Of a stretch of DNA of 64,000 nt, positions 28,399 through 38,189 are shown piece after piece. Under the pieces are notes generated by a model. That model did no database searches, was not told the origin of the DNA, and worked only from the letters and a program-made list of their open reading frames with translations. A program made the position numbers and the translations under genes. This DNA comes from a virus (taxonomy: Duplodnaviria; Caudoviricetes). The first letter of the stretch is position 1; every line of letters begins with the position of its first letter. The stretch spans positions 1 through 64,000 of the IMG/VR virus record IMGVR_UViG_3300032332_001507; one strand, given 5' to 3'.

Positions 28399-29550
28399 AT
28401 GAAACAAGAAAAAAAAGTATGGTATGCTCCGTATAAGTTTGAATCTTACGGAGAAGAAGAAATTAAAGCTGTAGAAGCATGTCTTCGTGACGGCTGGTTG
28501 GGAGGATTTGGTCCTCGCTCAGTTGAATTTGAAGAAAAGATTGCAAAGCGTTTTGGTAAAAAGTATGGTGTATTTGTTAACTCAGGATCATCAGCTTGCT
28601 TATTAGCATTAGCAGCATTAGATCTTCCAAAAGGATGCAAAATTATTACTCCTGCTTGCACATTTAGTACTACGTTAGCCCCAATTATTCAATTAGGTTT
28701 CAAACCAGTATTTGTAGATGTAGGATTACTTACATATGTTCCTACAATTGAAGATATCATTGCTGTAATTGATAGTGATGTAAAAGCAATTATGGTACCT
28801 AATTTAATTGGTAATAAACCAGATTGGAAAACATTACGCTCTGAATTGAAACGTATTGGGAGAGAAGATATTTTAGTTATTGAAGACTCAGCTGATACGA
28901 TTACTTACACCGAAGAAACAAATGTTGCAACTACTAGCTTTTATGCCAGCCACGTTATTACAGCTGGTGGAACAGGTGGTATGGTGATGTTTAATGATAA
29001 GAAACATGTTGACCGAGCATTACAGTATAGAGATTGGGGTCGTATGGGTGATAATTCTGAAATTATGGATGATCGTTTTAATCACAGTGTAGATGGTATT
29101 CCGTATGATCATAAATTTCTTTACGATGTATTGGGATATAACTTTAAATGTTCTGAAATGAGTGCTGCTTTTGGTTTAGTACAATTAGAGCGTTTTAAAA
29201 AGTTTGAAGATATTCGTAGAGCTAATTTTGAGCGCTATTTAGAAAATCTTAAAGATGTAAGTGAAATTACACTCCCAGATGATAGTATTAAACCAAATTG
29301 GTTAGCTATTCCACTTCAAACAGAAAAACGTTTAGAATTATTAACATTTTTAGAGAATAACAATATTCAAACTCGAGTAACATTTGCTGGTAATGTAACA
29401 CGCCACCCAGTTTACAGAGAGTACTTGCAACCATTTGAGAATTCCGATGCAATTATGAAAAACGGATTCTTATTAGGAGCTCATCATGGGATGTCTATTG
29501 AAGACGTTGATTACGTTTGTGATAAAATTAAAGAATTTTTTAATAAATGA
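28399..29550 (+). CDS. DegT/DnrJ-family PLP enzyme, probably sugar C3-dehydratase (ColD/RfbH-like)
   Basis: VNSGSSA, SFYASHVITAGG with His in place of the catalytic Lys, GYN.K, FAGN..RHP. Confidence 0.8.
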   Translation: MKQEKKVWYAPYKFESYGEEEIKAVEACLRDGWLGGFGPRSVEFEEKIAKRFGKKYGVFVNSGSSACLLALAALDLPKGCKIITPACTFSTTLAPIIQLGFKPVFVDVGLLTYVPTIEDIIAVIDSDVKAIMVPNLIGNKPDWKTLRSELKRIGREDILVIEDSADTITYTEETNVATTSFYASHVITAGGTGGMVMFNDKKHVDRALQYRDWGRMGDNSEIMDDRFNHSVDGIPYDHKFLYDVLGYNFKCSEMSAAFGLVQLERFKKFEDIRRANFERYLENLKDVSEITLPDDSIKPNWLAIPLQTEKRLELLTFLENNNIQTRVTFAGNVTRHPVYREYLQPFENSDAIMKNGFLLGAHHGMSIEDVDYVCDKIKEFFNK

Positions 29551-30506
29551 AAGTAGTATATGTAACAGGCTGCTTGGGTTTTATAGGTTCCTATGTTACC
29601 CGAGCTTGCCTTAAAAAAGGATGGTATGTTAAAGGCGTAGATAAAGTAACGTACGCCGCTAATAAAGATTTATTAGATGAATTTAATAAATTTAAAAATT
29701 TTTCATTTGTAAATTGTGATATAAATGATTTAAAATTTCTATATGATTGTGATTTTATAATCAATACTGCTGCTGAGACTCACGTAGGTAATAGTATCGC
29801 TAGTAGCCAAGAATTTGTTAGATCAAATATTGATGGTGTTCATAATTTATTAGAATTAATTAAAAATCATAGAGGTGAAAACTCAACTAAACCAGTACTG
29901 CTTCATTTTAGTACAGATGAAGTATATGGAGATATTGATGAAGGAGAACACACTGAAGATCATTTACTAAAACCAAGTAACCCATACTCAGCAACTAAAG
30001 CTGCTGCTGACATGTTAATTATGGCTTGGGGTAGAACACATAATGTGCCTTATATGATTATTAGACCAACTAATAATTATGGAGTTGGACAGTATGTTGA
30101 AAAATTGATACCTAAAGCAATTAAATGTTTAAATTTAGGTCGCAAAATACCACTACATAATAATGGTACACCTTATAGAAACTGGTTATATGCTGGTGAT
30201 ACTGCTAATGCTGTTATCACTTTAATTGAAAAAGGACAAATAGGTGAAATATACAATGTAGCAGGTGGATTTGAACAGCAAAATATTGATACTATTTCTA
30301 CAATAATTGAAACATATTATAGAGCACAATTGCCCTATGAAATTATAGAAGAACATATAGACTTCACCTACAACAGACCAGGAATGGATGTTAGATATGC
30401 TTTAGATGATTCTAAAATTAAAGCGCTAGGTTGGAAGCCTAAAGCAGATTTTAATTACGTTATTATAGAAATGGTTAATTATTATAAAAATAAATTTATA
30501 TGGTAA
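29547..30506 (+). CDS. rfbB: dTDP-glucose 4,6-dehydratase
   Basis: AAETHV, STDEVYG, NPYSATKA, NNYG, EKLIP, RPG.D.RYA. Confidence 0.88.
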   Translation: MKVVYVTGCLGFIGSYVTRACLKKGWYVKGVDKVTYAANKDLLDEFNKFKNFSFVNCDINDLKFLYDCDFIINTAAETHVGNSIASSQEFVRSNIDGVHNLLELIKNHRGENSTKPVLLHFSTDEVYGDIDEGEHTEDHLLKPSNPYSATKAAADMLIMAWGRTHNVPYMIIRPTNNYGVGQYVEKLIPKAIKCLNLGRKIPLHNNGTPYRNWLYAGDTANAVITLIEKGQIGEIYNVAGGFEQQNIDTISTIIETYYRAQLPYEIIEEHIDFTYNRPGMDVRYALDDSKIKALGWKPKADFNYVIIEMVNYYKNKFIW

Positions 30507-31117
30507 ATCTAAAAAAACGAATAGTTGAAATAGCTTATAAAAATAAATTAGGACATTTAGGAAGCTATCTCTCTAGTGTAGATATTGTAGATGAAATTTA
30601 TTCTAAAATGGATAAAGACGATATTTTTATCTTATCATCAGGACATGCTTCATTAGCAATGTATGTTTGTATAGAAAAATATTTTGGTATTGACGCTGAA
30701 ATGTTATTTCTAAAACATGGAGGCCACCCCCACCGTGATGAAGAAAATAAAATACACTGCTCTACAGGTAGTTTAGGCTTAGGTTTACCTATAGCACTAG
30801 GTAGAGCCTTAGCTAATCCAAATAAAAAAGTGTGGGTATTAATTAGTGATGGTGAAGCAGCTGAAGGAAGTATTTGGGAATCACTTAAAACCATTCAAGA
30901 ATTAAATATTAATAATATTGAGGTTTTTGTTAATATAAATGGTTTATGCGCATACAAAGAAGTAGACATGGATTATATGACAACTAGACTTAAAGCATTT
31001 TTACCTCGAATTGAATTAAGATATACAACTGTAGAACAGTACCCATTTTTAAAAGGACTTAATGCCCACTACCATGTAATGTCAGAAGAAAATTATAAAC
31101 AAGCAATGGAATCATGA
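30500..31117 (+). CDS. Transketolase-like, N-terminal ThDP-binding subunit
   Basis: GHLGS.LS, LSSGH, TGSLG.GL, SDGEAAEGSIWE. Confidence 0.88.
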   Translation: MVNLKKRIVEIAYKNKLGHLGSYLSSVDIVDEIYSKMDKDDIFILSSGHASLAMYVCIEKYFGIDAEMLFLKHGGHPHRDEENKIHCSTGSLGLGLPIALGRALANPNKKVWVLISDGEAAEGSIWESLKTIQELNINNIEVFVNINGLCAYKEVDMDYMTTRLKAFLPRIELRYTTVEQYPFLKGLNAHYHVMSEENYKQAMES

Positions 31118-31590
31118 GAAAACTATTTGCACAATTATTGCACTCTGAAATGCAGAATAACCCAGATGTATATTTAATCACGGGTGATTTAGGATATGGA
31201 TTATGGGATAAAATTCGTGATAATTTTCCAACCCGATTCTACAATGTAGGATCTTCTGAAATGGCTATGATGGGAGCGGGTATAGGTTTAGCTATGGAAG
31301 GGAAAATACCTTATGTTTATTCTATCACTCCATTTGCTATTTATAGACCATTTGAAATGATCCGTAACTATGTAGATCATGAAAAATTACCAGTAAATAT
31401 TATTGGTGGGGGTAGAGACAGAGAATACGGATATTTAGGTTTCTCTCATTGGTCAGATGATGATAAACGTATTATGGGAGTATTTGATAATATTAAAACA
31501 TATCATCCCGAAACTGAAGAAGAACTACAAAACTTTTTTAAATATACTACTCAAAGGAATTATCCAATTTATTTAAATCTAAAACGATGA
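31114..31590 (+). CDS. Transketolase-like pyrimidine-binding subunit (no C-terminal domain)
   Basis: TGDLG, NVGSSEMAMMG...GLA, RPFEMIR, G.SH. Confidence 0.85.
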   Translation: MRKLFAQLLHSEMQNNPDVYLITGDLGYGLWDKIRDNFPTRFYNVGSSEMAMMGAGIGLAMEGKIPYVYSITPFAIYRPFEMIRNYVDHEKLPVNIIGGGRDREYGYLGFSHWSDDDKRIMGVFDNIKTYHPETEEELQNFFKYTTQRNYPIYLNLKR

Positions 31591-32357
31591 AAATATTAAT
31601 TACCGGGGGTAACGGTTATATAGCTAAAAGTTTATATAACGCATTTAAGGATAAATATGAAGTAACATCTATCACAAGACAAGATTTTGATTTAATCAAC
31701 CAATTTGAAACAGCAAAGTATTTTTCAGATAAATATTTTGATGTGGTTATTCACTGTGCTGTAAGTGGTGGGAGTAGACTTAAACAAGAGACTTGGAAGG
31801 ATATGGATAATAATCTTAAAATGTATTATAATCTATTAAATTGTAAAAATAAATTTGGAAAATTAATACACTTTGGATCAGGAGCAGAAACAAATGCTCC
31901 TGAAACTCCATATGGTTTAAGTAAAAAAGTCATAGCAAATTCTATTTCTGAGATAGATAACTTTTATAATATTAAAATATTTGGAGTATTTGATGAGAAT
32001 GAATTAGATACTCGTTTTATTAAAGGAAATATTAAACGTTATATAAATAAAGAATCCATGATTATTCATCAGGATAAGTTTATGGACTTTTTCTATATGA
32101 AAGATTTGATTTCTTTAGTAGATTATTATATTACTAATAATATGCCTAAACAAATAGATTGCTCATATACAGGTTTATATAAATTATCTGAAATAGCTAA
32201 TATAATCAATGAATTAGATGATTATGAAGTAGACATTCAAATTAAAGAAGAAGGAATGTCTATGTCGTATTATGGAGTAGCTAATGTATTAATAGAATAT
32301 ATAGATTTAAAAGAGGGAATTAAAGAAGTTTATAATAAATTAAAAAATGAATATTAA
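31587..32357 (+). CDS. NAD-dependent epimerase/reductase (SDR)
   Basis: TGGNGYIA, GSGAE, YGLSK. Confidence 0.85.
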   Translation: MKILITGGNGYIAKSLYNAFKDKYEVTSITRQDFDLINQFETAKYFSDKYFDVVIHCAVSGGSRLKQETWKDMDNNLKMYYNLLNCKNKFGKLIHFGSGAETNAPETPYGLSKKVIANSISEIDNFYNIKIFGVFDENELDTRFIKGNIKRYINKESMIIHQDKFMDFFYMKDLISLVDYYITNNMPKQIDCSYTGLYKLSEIANIINELDDYEVDIQIKEEGMSMSYYGVANVLIEYIDLKEGIKEVYNKLKNEY

Positions 32358-33279
32358 GATTACTTATCATATAATGCCTTGGGAAATAGATTATGCATTA
32401 CTCACATTCACTCAGCTAAAAAAATCTAAATATTATTTACCATCAGATGTAAACATCACTATAGATAGTGCTTTAAACTTATCATCTTATTTAATCAATT
32501 GGGAAGAAAGTAAATTACCAAAAGAATATTTTATAGAAAAATATAAACAGTTATCTTTATTATTAAAAGATTATAATCATAATCCTAAAATATATGATGG
32601 TAATGAATTATACGGTCATTTAGATTTACAAAGAGATTGCATCTCTCCCGAAATAGATTATTATATGGGCATATGCCCAGACATGTATTTTAGTGAGCAT
32701 TTATTATCTTATTTAATGCAAGCTGCTCAATCAATACCTAATAAATATTTTATATTGACTACCCAAATCGGAAGATTATGGGATGCGTCTTGGGATGTGT
32801 TAACACATGAAAAATTTAATGACTATAACTATGAAAATTGGGAAACCAGTTTAGATATATTTGATATAGATAATTATTTACATACTACTCAAGAAAACAT
32901 TAGTGTATCTCCAATTAATCAATTTAAATGGGCAGGGTGGTTTGATTTATATAATAAGGCATTTTTTGAAGAAATCGCCCCCGTTCCTCAAGATTGGAAA
33001 GGATATGGAGGTTGGGATTTATATTCCATGCATTCATCTTATTTTCTTAAAGAAAATTTAAATCAAGATGTCCAGCAGTATGTTTTAAATAATCAAATAG
33101 TATTTCCTTACGGAGTAGGTCCATTAAGAGTAGAAAATTTAGATGGGTTTATGGTAGATTATTATAGAAAGTTAATGGTAAAAAATGATTTAAAATACAC
33201 TCAAAGTAAAGAATTCAACCAAAAAGTACCTTTATTTATCCAACAAAATATAGATAATTTAATTTCTAAATTCAAATGA
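32347..33279 (+). CDS. Putative glycosyltransferase (GT-A-like)
   Basis: CPDMYF, GYGGWD; glycan operon context. Confidence 0.45.
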   Translation: MNIKITYHIMPWEIDYALLTFTQLKKSKYYLPSDVNITIDSALNLSSYLINWEESKLPKEYFIEKYKQLSLLLKDYNHNPKIYDGNELYGHLDLQRDCISPEIDYYMGICPDMYFSEHLLSYLMQAAQSIPNKYFILTTQIGRLWDASWDVLTHEKFNDYNYENWETSLDIFDIDNYLHTTQENISVSPINQFKWAGWFDLYNKAFFEEIAPVPQDWKGYGGWDLYSMHSSYFLKENLNQDVQQYVLNNQIVFPYGVGPLRVENLDGFMVDYYRKLMVKNDLKYTQSKEFNQKVPLFIQQNIDNLISKFK

Positions 33280-34211
33280 AAATTTTATATTTAACAGACA
33301 TAAACTATAATGGTGTGACGTCTGGTTTCCAAATGGGTCCTAGACCTCCTATGAGTTGGATATCAGGACTAAATTCATATCATTGTAGTTATTCAAATAT
33401 AGATAATATTCCATATGATAATTTTGACATAACAATATTGGGATGTCTTCATGAAAATGTAGACATACTAAATATAGATATAATAAATAAAGTTAAAAAG
33501 ATATCTAAAAAACTACTATTTCAGCATGATAGTGATCACAGATATTTTTATAAAAATAATAACATATTGCGTAGTTATATGTTAAATTTTATTATTATAA
33601 ATGTAGATGGAATATTAACTCACAATGATTTAGATAAAAAATATTACGAAAATTTATATAGAAAACCATGTTTTCATCATAAGCAACTACTATTAGACAT
33701 TTACAATCAGTTAGAACTACCTAATGTGAAAGAAGGTTTTGTATTGGGAGGGGTAGAAGATAGATATGGAACACTAGATGGTTATATGTTACTTCAAGAT
33801 TATCCACTAGAAAAAATATACCATTTTGGAAATACAAACACACAAATTCCTAATCTAAATGTAATTCCAAATGACTTTGACTATAAAAACTTCAGCCAAT
33901 CTTTAACTAAATTTAAAATAGCCCTTAATCTAACTCCTTTAGCAATAGGAGGTTCATTCCCACTACAGTGTGCTATGGTAAAAACTCCATGCATTGGATG
34001 GGATAATTCAAATCCCCATAAAGAATGTTTTCCTGACTTAGTTGTTGAATATGGTAATTTTGAAGAATTAAGGTCAATTCTAAACAAACTGACAAGTGAT
34101 TCTGAGTTCTATAATCATGTAGTTGAAAACGCTCGTGATACATTTATCAAAAATTTCTCTTCAGTAGAAAAATATAAAGAAGATATGATTAAAATTTTTA
34201 ACCAAATTTAA
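33276..34211 (+). CDS. Putative GT-B glycosyltransferase
   Basis: GSFPLQCAMVKTPCIG C-terminal GT-B-like motif. Confidence 0.5.
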   Translation: MKILYLTDINYNGVTSGFQMGPRPPMSWISGLNSYHCSYSNIDNIPYDNFDITILGCLHENVDILNIDIINKVKKISKKLLFQHDSDHRYFYKNNNILRSYMLNFIIINVDGILTHNDLDKKYYENLYRKPCFHHKQLLLDIYNQLELPNVKEGFVLGGVEDRYGTLDGYMLLQDYPLEKIYHFGNTNTQIPNLNVIPNDFDYKNFSQSLTKFKIALNLTPLAIGGSFPLQCAMVKTPCIGWDNSNPHKECFPDLVVEYGNFEELRSILNKLTSDSEFYNHVVENARDTFIKNFSSVEKYKEDMIKIFNQI

Positions 34212-34217
34212 AAACAA

Positions 34218-35036
34218 ATGGATGATATTTCAATATTTGGTGGAACAGGATTTGTAGGATCAGTATTTCATAAAAGATACCCAAACTCAATTGTTATGGG
34301 TAGAGATGAAACAAATCCTATTACTAACAATGTTTTGTATTTAATAAGTACTGTTGACAACTACAATGTATTAACTAATCCTCACATTGATATAGAAACC
34401 AATTTAGTCCACCTAATGAAGGTACTTGAGAACTGTAAAGATAGAGATATCACATTCACATTTGTCAGTTCATGGTTTGTGTATGGTAAAACAGAACTAC
34501 CAGCAAACGAAAATTCAATATGTAATCCTAAAGGATTTTATTCTATAACTAAACATACCGCTGAACAACTGTTAGAATCATATTGTAAAACATTTGGAAT
34601 TAAGTACAAAATTATTAGATTAGGAAATGTAGTAGGAAAAAGTGATAATAAAGTATCTAAAAAGAAAAATGCACTTCAATTCTTATTAAATGAAATAAAA
34701 GAAAATAATAAAATAAATTTATATAATAAAGGTCAATTTTACAGAGATTATATAGACGTTGAAGATGTAGCAGATGGTATTAAATTCATTATAGATAATG
34801 GCAAAAACAACGAGATATATAACCTGGCATCTGGGTTACCAATACTATTTAAAGATATTATTGACTATGCTTATGCTCAATTAAACTCAACAAGTGAAGT
34901 AGGAGTAATGGAACCAACTGATTTTCATAAATTAGTTCAAGTTGAGTCTATGTATCTTGATACTACAAAATTAAATAATTTAGGTTTTAAACCTTCTAAA
35001 AATATTTACCAAATAATAGATAATTTAATAAAATGA
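34218..35036 (+). CDS. NAD-dependent epimerase/dehydratase (SDR)
   Basis: GGTGFVG, SSWFVYG, YSITK, RDYIDVEDV. Confidence 0.85.
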   Translation: MDDISIFGGTGFVGSVFHKRYPNSIVMGRDETNPITNNVLYLISTVDNYNVLTNPHIDIETNLVHLMKVLENCKDRDITFTFVSSWFVYGKTELPANENSICNPKGFYSITKHTAEQLLESYCKTFGIKYKIIRLGNVVGKSDNKVSKKKNALQFLLNEIKENNKINLYNKGQFYRDYIDVEDVADGIKFIIDNGKNNEIYNLASGLPILFKDIIDYAYAQLNSTSEVGVMEPTDFHKLVQVESMYLDTTKLNNLGFKPSKNIYQIIDNLIK

Positions 35037-35947
35037 TATCATTAGTTATACCTACTATAAGTAGAACTCGAGAGTATACTGACGCTCTTATTAAAAATAT
35101 TAGAGAAATTTATCCCAATGAAAGTGAAGTAGAGATTATTGTTGAAGAAAATGACAATGTAACTATGGGAGTAAATTACAACAATGCTGTGGCTAAGGCT
35201 AATGGTGAAAAAATTATCCTACTCCATAACGATATGATTCTCAAACCAGGATTTATTGAAACTATGGATAAGCACATTGTTAAAAATAGAATAGTAACTT
35301 ATACCAGAGTTGAACCACCCATCTACACTGATACCTATCCAGGTAAAGTGTTACTCGATTGTGGTAGAGATTTAAATTCTCTTGATAAAGAAAAATTTTA
35401 TAATTTACCATTAGGAGAAGAATTACAAGATGGAGGTTCTCAATTATTTTTTGGATGTTACAAAGAAGACTACATTGGGATTGATGGATATACTTTTAAA
35501 TTATTCTGTGAAGATGATGACTTTCATCTTAGATGTGATGTAGCTGGGTTAGAGAGAAAAGTAAGTCCGGCTCAAGTATATCATTTTGTAAGTAAAACAT
35601 CTCGTACTACTACTGATTACCAACAAATAGAACAACAGTCAAATGTAAATTTTGTTAAAAAATGGGGTTTTAGAAATTCTATGTATAAGGTTGTTTATAA
35701 AAAATCTGTAGTGATACACAATTCAAATCCCCAACTAGAGCAAATTCTAGAACCATGGTTTAATGGAGGAAAAGACATAATTATTGAAGTAAATGGAAAT
35801 ATGTTTACTCAAGATGATTTTAACATTATCCAACAACTAAATGATATTGTTAAACAGAATGGAGAAATAGGAACATTTGAATTAAATAATTTAAAAATCA
35901 CTATTAATTCAATGGACGAATATCAAGATTCTCTTATTAAAATTTAA
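35033..35947 (+). CDS. GT2 glycosyltransferase
   Basis: ISLVIP, LHNDM, CEDDD, YHFVSKTSR. Confidence 0.8.
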   Translation: MISLVIPTISRTREYTDALIKNIREIYPNESEVEIIVEENDNVTMGVNYNNAVAKANGEKIILLHNDMILKPGFIETMDKHIVKNRIVTYTRVEPPIYTDTYPGKVLLDCGRDLNSLDKEKFYNLPLGEELQDGGSQLFFGCYKEDYIGIDGYTFKLFCEDDDFHLRCDVAGLERKVSPAQVYHFVSKTSRTTTDYQQIEQQSNVNFVKKWGFRNSMYKVVYKKSVVIHNSNPQLEQILEPWFNGGKDIIIEVNGNMFTQDDFNIIQQLNDIVKQNGEIGTFELNNLKITINSMDEYQDSLIKI

Positions 35948-35979
35948 TTTGGTTTTTTAATTTTTTAACCGTATATTTA
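35948..35979 (+). promoter_or_regulatory. Class A promoter
   Basis: TTTGG(35948)...CGTATATTTA(35970-35979). Confidence 0.75.
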
Positions 35980-35984
35980 CAAAC

Positions 35985-36158
35985 ATGGATTACGAATATA
36001 AAGACTATTATTTTTATGCCAACAACGACGCATTTAGAGAGCCAATTGGGACTTGTGCTGCGGGTACACTAGGTATAGCTGTAACTCACTTCGCTTCAAT
36101 GAAAGCATTAAGTACAGAAGAATTTTTAAAAATTTATTCAGTAGGTATCAAAAAATGA
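35985..36158 (+). CDS. Small hypothetical protein (57 aa, not in ORF track)
   Basis: MDYEYKDYYFYANND...; directly after promoter, ATGA overlap with next gene. Confidence 0.6.
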   Translation: MDYEYKDYYFYANNDAFREPIGTCAAGTLGIAVTHFASMKALSTEEFLKIYSVGIKK

Positions 36159-36538
36159 GTTTAAGTAATTTTGGTAAACTAAAGATTAGTAAACGAAATC
36201 GATCTCAAGGTAAGGATACGTTTATTGAAACAGTAATCTTATTAGAACACTGTTGGTTAAGAACTAATTTTTTACATGAGGAAGTAAAAATTGATTTATG
36301 GAATTATGAAGAAAGTTACTATAAAGTAATCGAGAATTTAATCTTTATGCACTATTCAGAAGAGGTAGCTAATCTAATTCTATGGTATGTATATGATAGA
36401 TTCGACGCAGATGGTAAAATCTTAGGGTTAGACATAACATTCCCAGGTAAAGAGTCAAAGCGTTTTATCCTTAAATCACCAACTGACCTTTGGAATCTAG
36501 TAGAAAAAATAAATAAATCAAATAGTAAAGAAAAATGA
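36155..36538 (+). CDS. Hypothetical protein
   Basis: Start re-assigned to ATG 36155 (MSLSNFGK). Confidence 0.6.
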   Translation: MSLSNFGKLKISKRNRSQGKDTFIETVILLEHCWLRTNFLHEEVKIDLWNYEESYYKVIENLIFMHYSEEVANLILWYVYDRFDADGKILGLDITFPGKESKRFILKSPTDLWNLVEKINKSNSKEK

Positions 36539-36906
36539 GTAGACAATGTAAAACATGTGGGATTGATATTGACCCAAGAAGAATTGCGATTTTACCTCAT
36601 ACACAAACCTGTACCCAACATTCAGTAGCTGAAAAGAAAGTAGCTATGACTGTTCAAATGGGTGAAGGTGATCATACGTGGATTGAAACATATGCTATAG
36701 ATAGAGATGTGTATGATCAGATTCAGTCAATAGAGAAAAAATATAAAGAACCAATCACCCCAGAAGACAAACCTGAGGTAGTTCATATAGATGAAGATGA
36801 TTTTACAGTATGGGATGAAACATTACTAGACGGACTAGACGAGGATGAATTCCCAGATGTAGAAGAATTGTTGAATAACGATGATTACACAGAAGATGAA
36901 GACTAA
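36535..36906 (+). CDS. DksA/TraR-like zinc finger protein with acidic tail
   Basis: CKTCGIDIDPRRIAILPHTQTCTQH. Confidence 0.65.
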   Translation: MSRQCKTCGIDIDPRRIAILPHTQTCTQHSVAEKKVAMTVQMGEGDHTWIETYAIDRDVYDQIQSIEKKYKEPITPEDKPEVVHIDEDDFTVWDETLLDGLDEDEFPDVEELLNNDDYTEDED

Positions 36907-37547
36907 TGTCTAGAGCTAAATCAATAACTAAAGAAATGGTCCTCAGCGCAATGGATAAAACAAAATCCGTTCGCGCTGCGGCTCGTTACTTAAATTGCTC
37001 TTATCAACATCTTAAAAAGTACATGAAAATGTATAAAGATGAAAATGGAGTTTCGTTATTTGAGGTACATAAGAATCAATGTGGAAAAGGCATCCCTAAA
37101 TTTTTATCTAATTCCCAATTTAGCAAAAACGACCCAGCTATACTTGATGTTATTGAAGGTAGAGTAGATGCATCTCACTTTAACCCTCAGAAGTTAAAGT
37201 ATAGGATGATAACAGATGGTTACTTAAAGGAAGAATGTGCTAATTGCGGCTTCCATGAAAGACGAGTTTCTGATTATAAAACCCCACTAATAATGCACTT
37301 CAAAGACGGTAATAAACAACATTATGGTCTTAACAATATTGAAATGCTTTGTTATAATTGTTATTACTTAATGGTTGGGGACGTATTTGATAATAAACAA
37401 CTCGATGGGTTGGAAGACCATAAACCAACATATAGTAGCCAAGTTGATTGGGAGTTAGATGATTATACCAAACAAAGATTAATAGAATTAGGACTTGAAA
37501 AACCAAAACCAATAGAAGATGGATCTGAGTTTATTAGTAGACTTTAA
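36906..37547 (+). CDS. HTH + HNH endonuclease-like protein
   Basis: SVRAAARYLNCSY HTH; CANCG...HFKDGN...NIEMLCYNC. Confidence 0.7.
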   Translation: MSRAKSITKEMVLSAMDKTKSVRAAARYLNCSYQHLKKYMKMYKDENGVSLFEVHKNQCGKGIPKFLSNSQFSKNDPAILDVIEGRVDASHFNPQKLKYRMITDGYLKEECANCGFHERRVSDYKTPLIMHFKDGNKQHYGLNNIEMLCYNCYYLMVGDVFDNKQLDGLEDHKPTYSSQVDWELDDYTKQRLIELGLEKPKPIEDGSEFISRL

Positions 37548-37549
37548 TC

Positions 37550-37559
37550 AATATTTATA
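37550..37559 (+). promoter_or_regulatory. Class B motif
   Basis: AATATTTATA before ATG 37567. Confidence 0.55.
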
Positions 37560-37566
37560 AATAAAA

Positions 37567-37725
37567 ATGAAGAGGAGTAAGAGACATCAAGACGTAGTGA
37601 ATGATTACGATGTGATCAAATCAAAACATCTTGATAAGTTAGCTACAAAAATGTTAGCTAATGACGAGAAAATGAGTAAATTAAAGGAGAAAGAAATTGA
37701 TCCTAAATTTTTAAATTTATTTTAA
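37567..37725 (+). CDS. Small hypothetical protein (52 aa, not in ORF track)
   Basis: MKRSKRHQDVVNDY...KFLNLF; TAATG coupling to next gene. Confidence 0.6.
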   Translation: MKRSKRHQDVVNDYDVIKSKHLDKLATKMLANDEKMSKLKEKEIDPKFLNLF

Positions 37726-38075
37726 TGATGGCAACAGAAATCAATTTAAATAGCAGTGAGGAATTTCAGGAAATGATTGACCGAAAAGATTTCACAATTG
37801 CCAAAGCGGTTGTAGAATCAATTTTATCTAATTTAAATGGCCGTAAAAAACATGTTCATGTCCTATCAGTTAACTGTTTAGAAGAGGCATCAACATTTGA
37901 TATTACTTTAGATAGAAAGTATTTCGCTGAAACACTACAAGAGAACCTTAAATACTATGTGGAACAAGAGTTATATGAAGATTGTTCTAAAATAGTAGAA
38001 GCTATAAACACACTAAAAGAAAAAGAAACACATGGCAGCAAAAGCAAAGACAAACACAACAAAAGCGTTTACTAA
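37725..38075 (+). CDS. Hypothetical protein (UVR-like C-terminal helix pair)
   Basis: YVEQELYEDCSKI. Confidence 0.55.
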   Translation: MMATEINLNSSEEFQEMIDRKDFTIAKAVVESILSNLNGRKKHVHVLSVNCLEEASTFDITLDRKYFAETLQENLKYYVEQELYEDCSKIVEAINTLKEKETHGSKSKDKHNKSVY

Positions 38076-38175
38076 AAAATCAAGAAAAAAAAGACCTGGA
38101 GTACATTCAAAATGTAAATACAGCAAATTAAAATCAAGTAAGTTATATAAAAAAATAAATCGAGGACAAGGTTAA
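38032..38175 (+). CDS. Small highly basic protein ending RGQG (47 aa, not in ORF track)
   Basis: MAAKAKTNTTKAFTKKSRKKRPGVHSKCKYSKLKSSKLYKKINRGQG. Confidence 0.65.
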   Translation: MAAKAKTNTTKAFTKKSRKKRPGVHSKCKYSKLKSSKLYKKINRGQG

Positions 38176-38189
38176 TTAAATTAAAAGTT

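Noticed and set aside
14317-35947. Bacterial O-antigen/capsule locus (host contamination)
   Set aside because: No wzx/wzy/wzz or ABC exporter seen; flanked seamlessly by phage genes and the same promoter motifs
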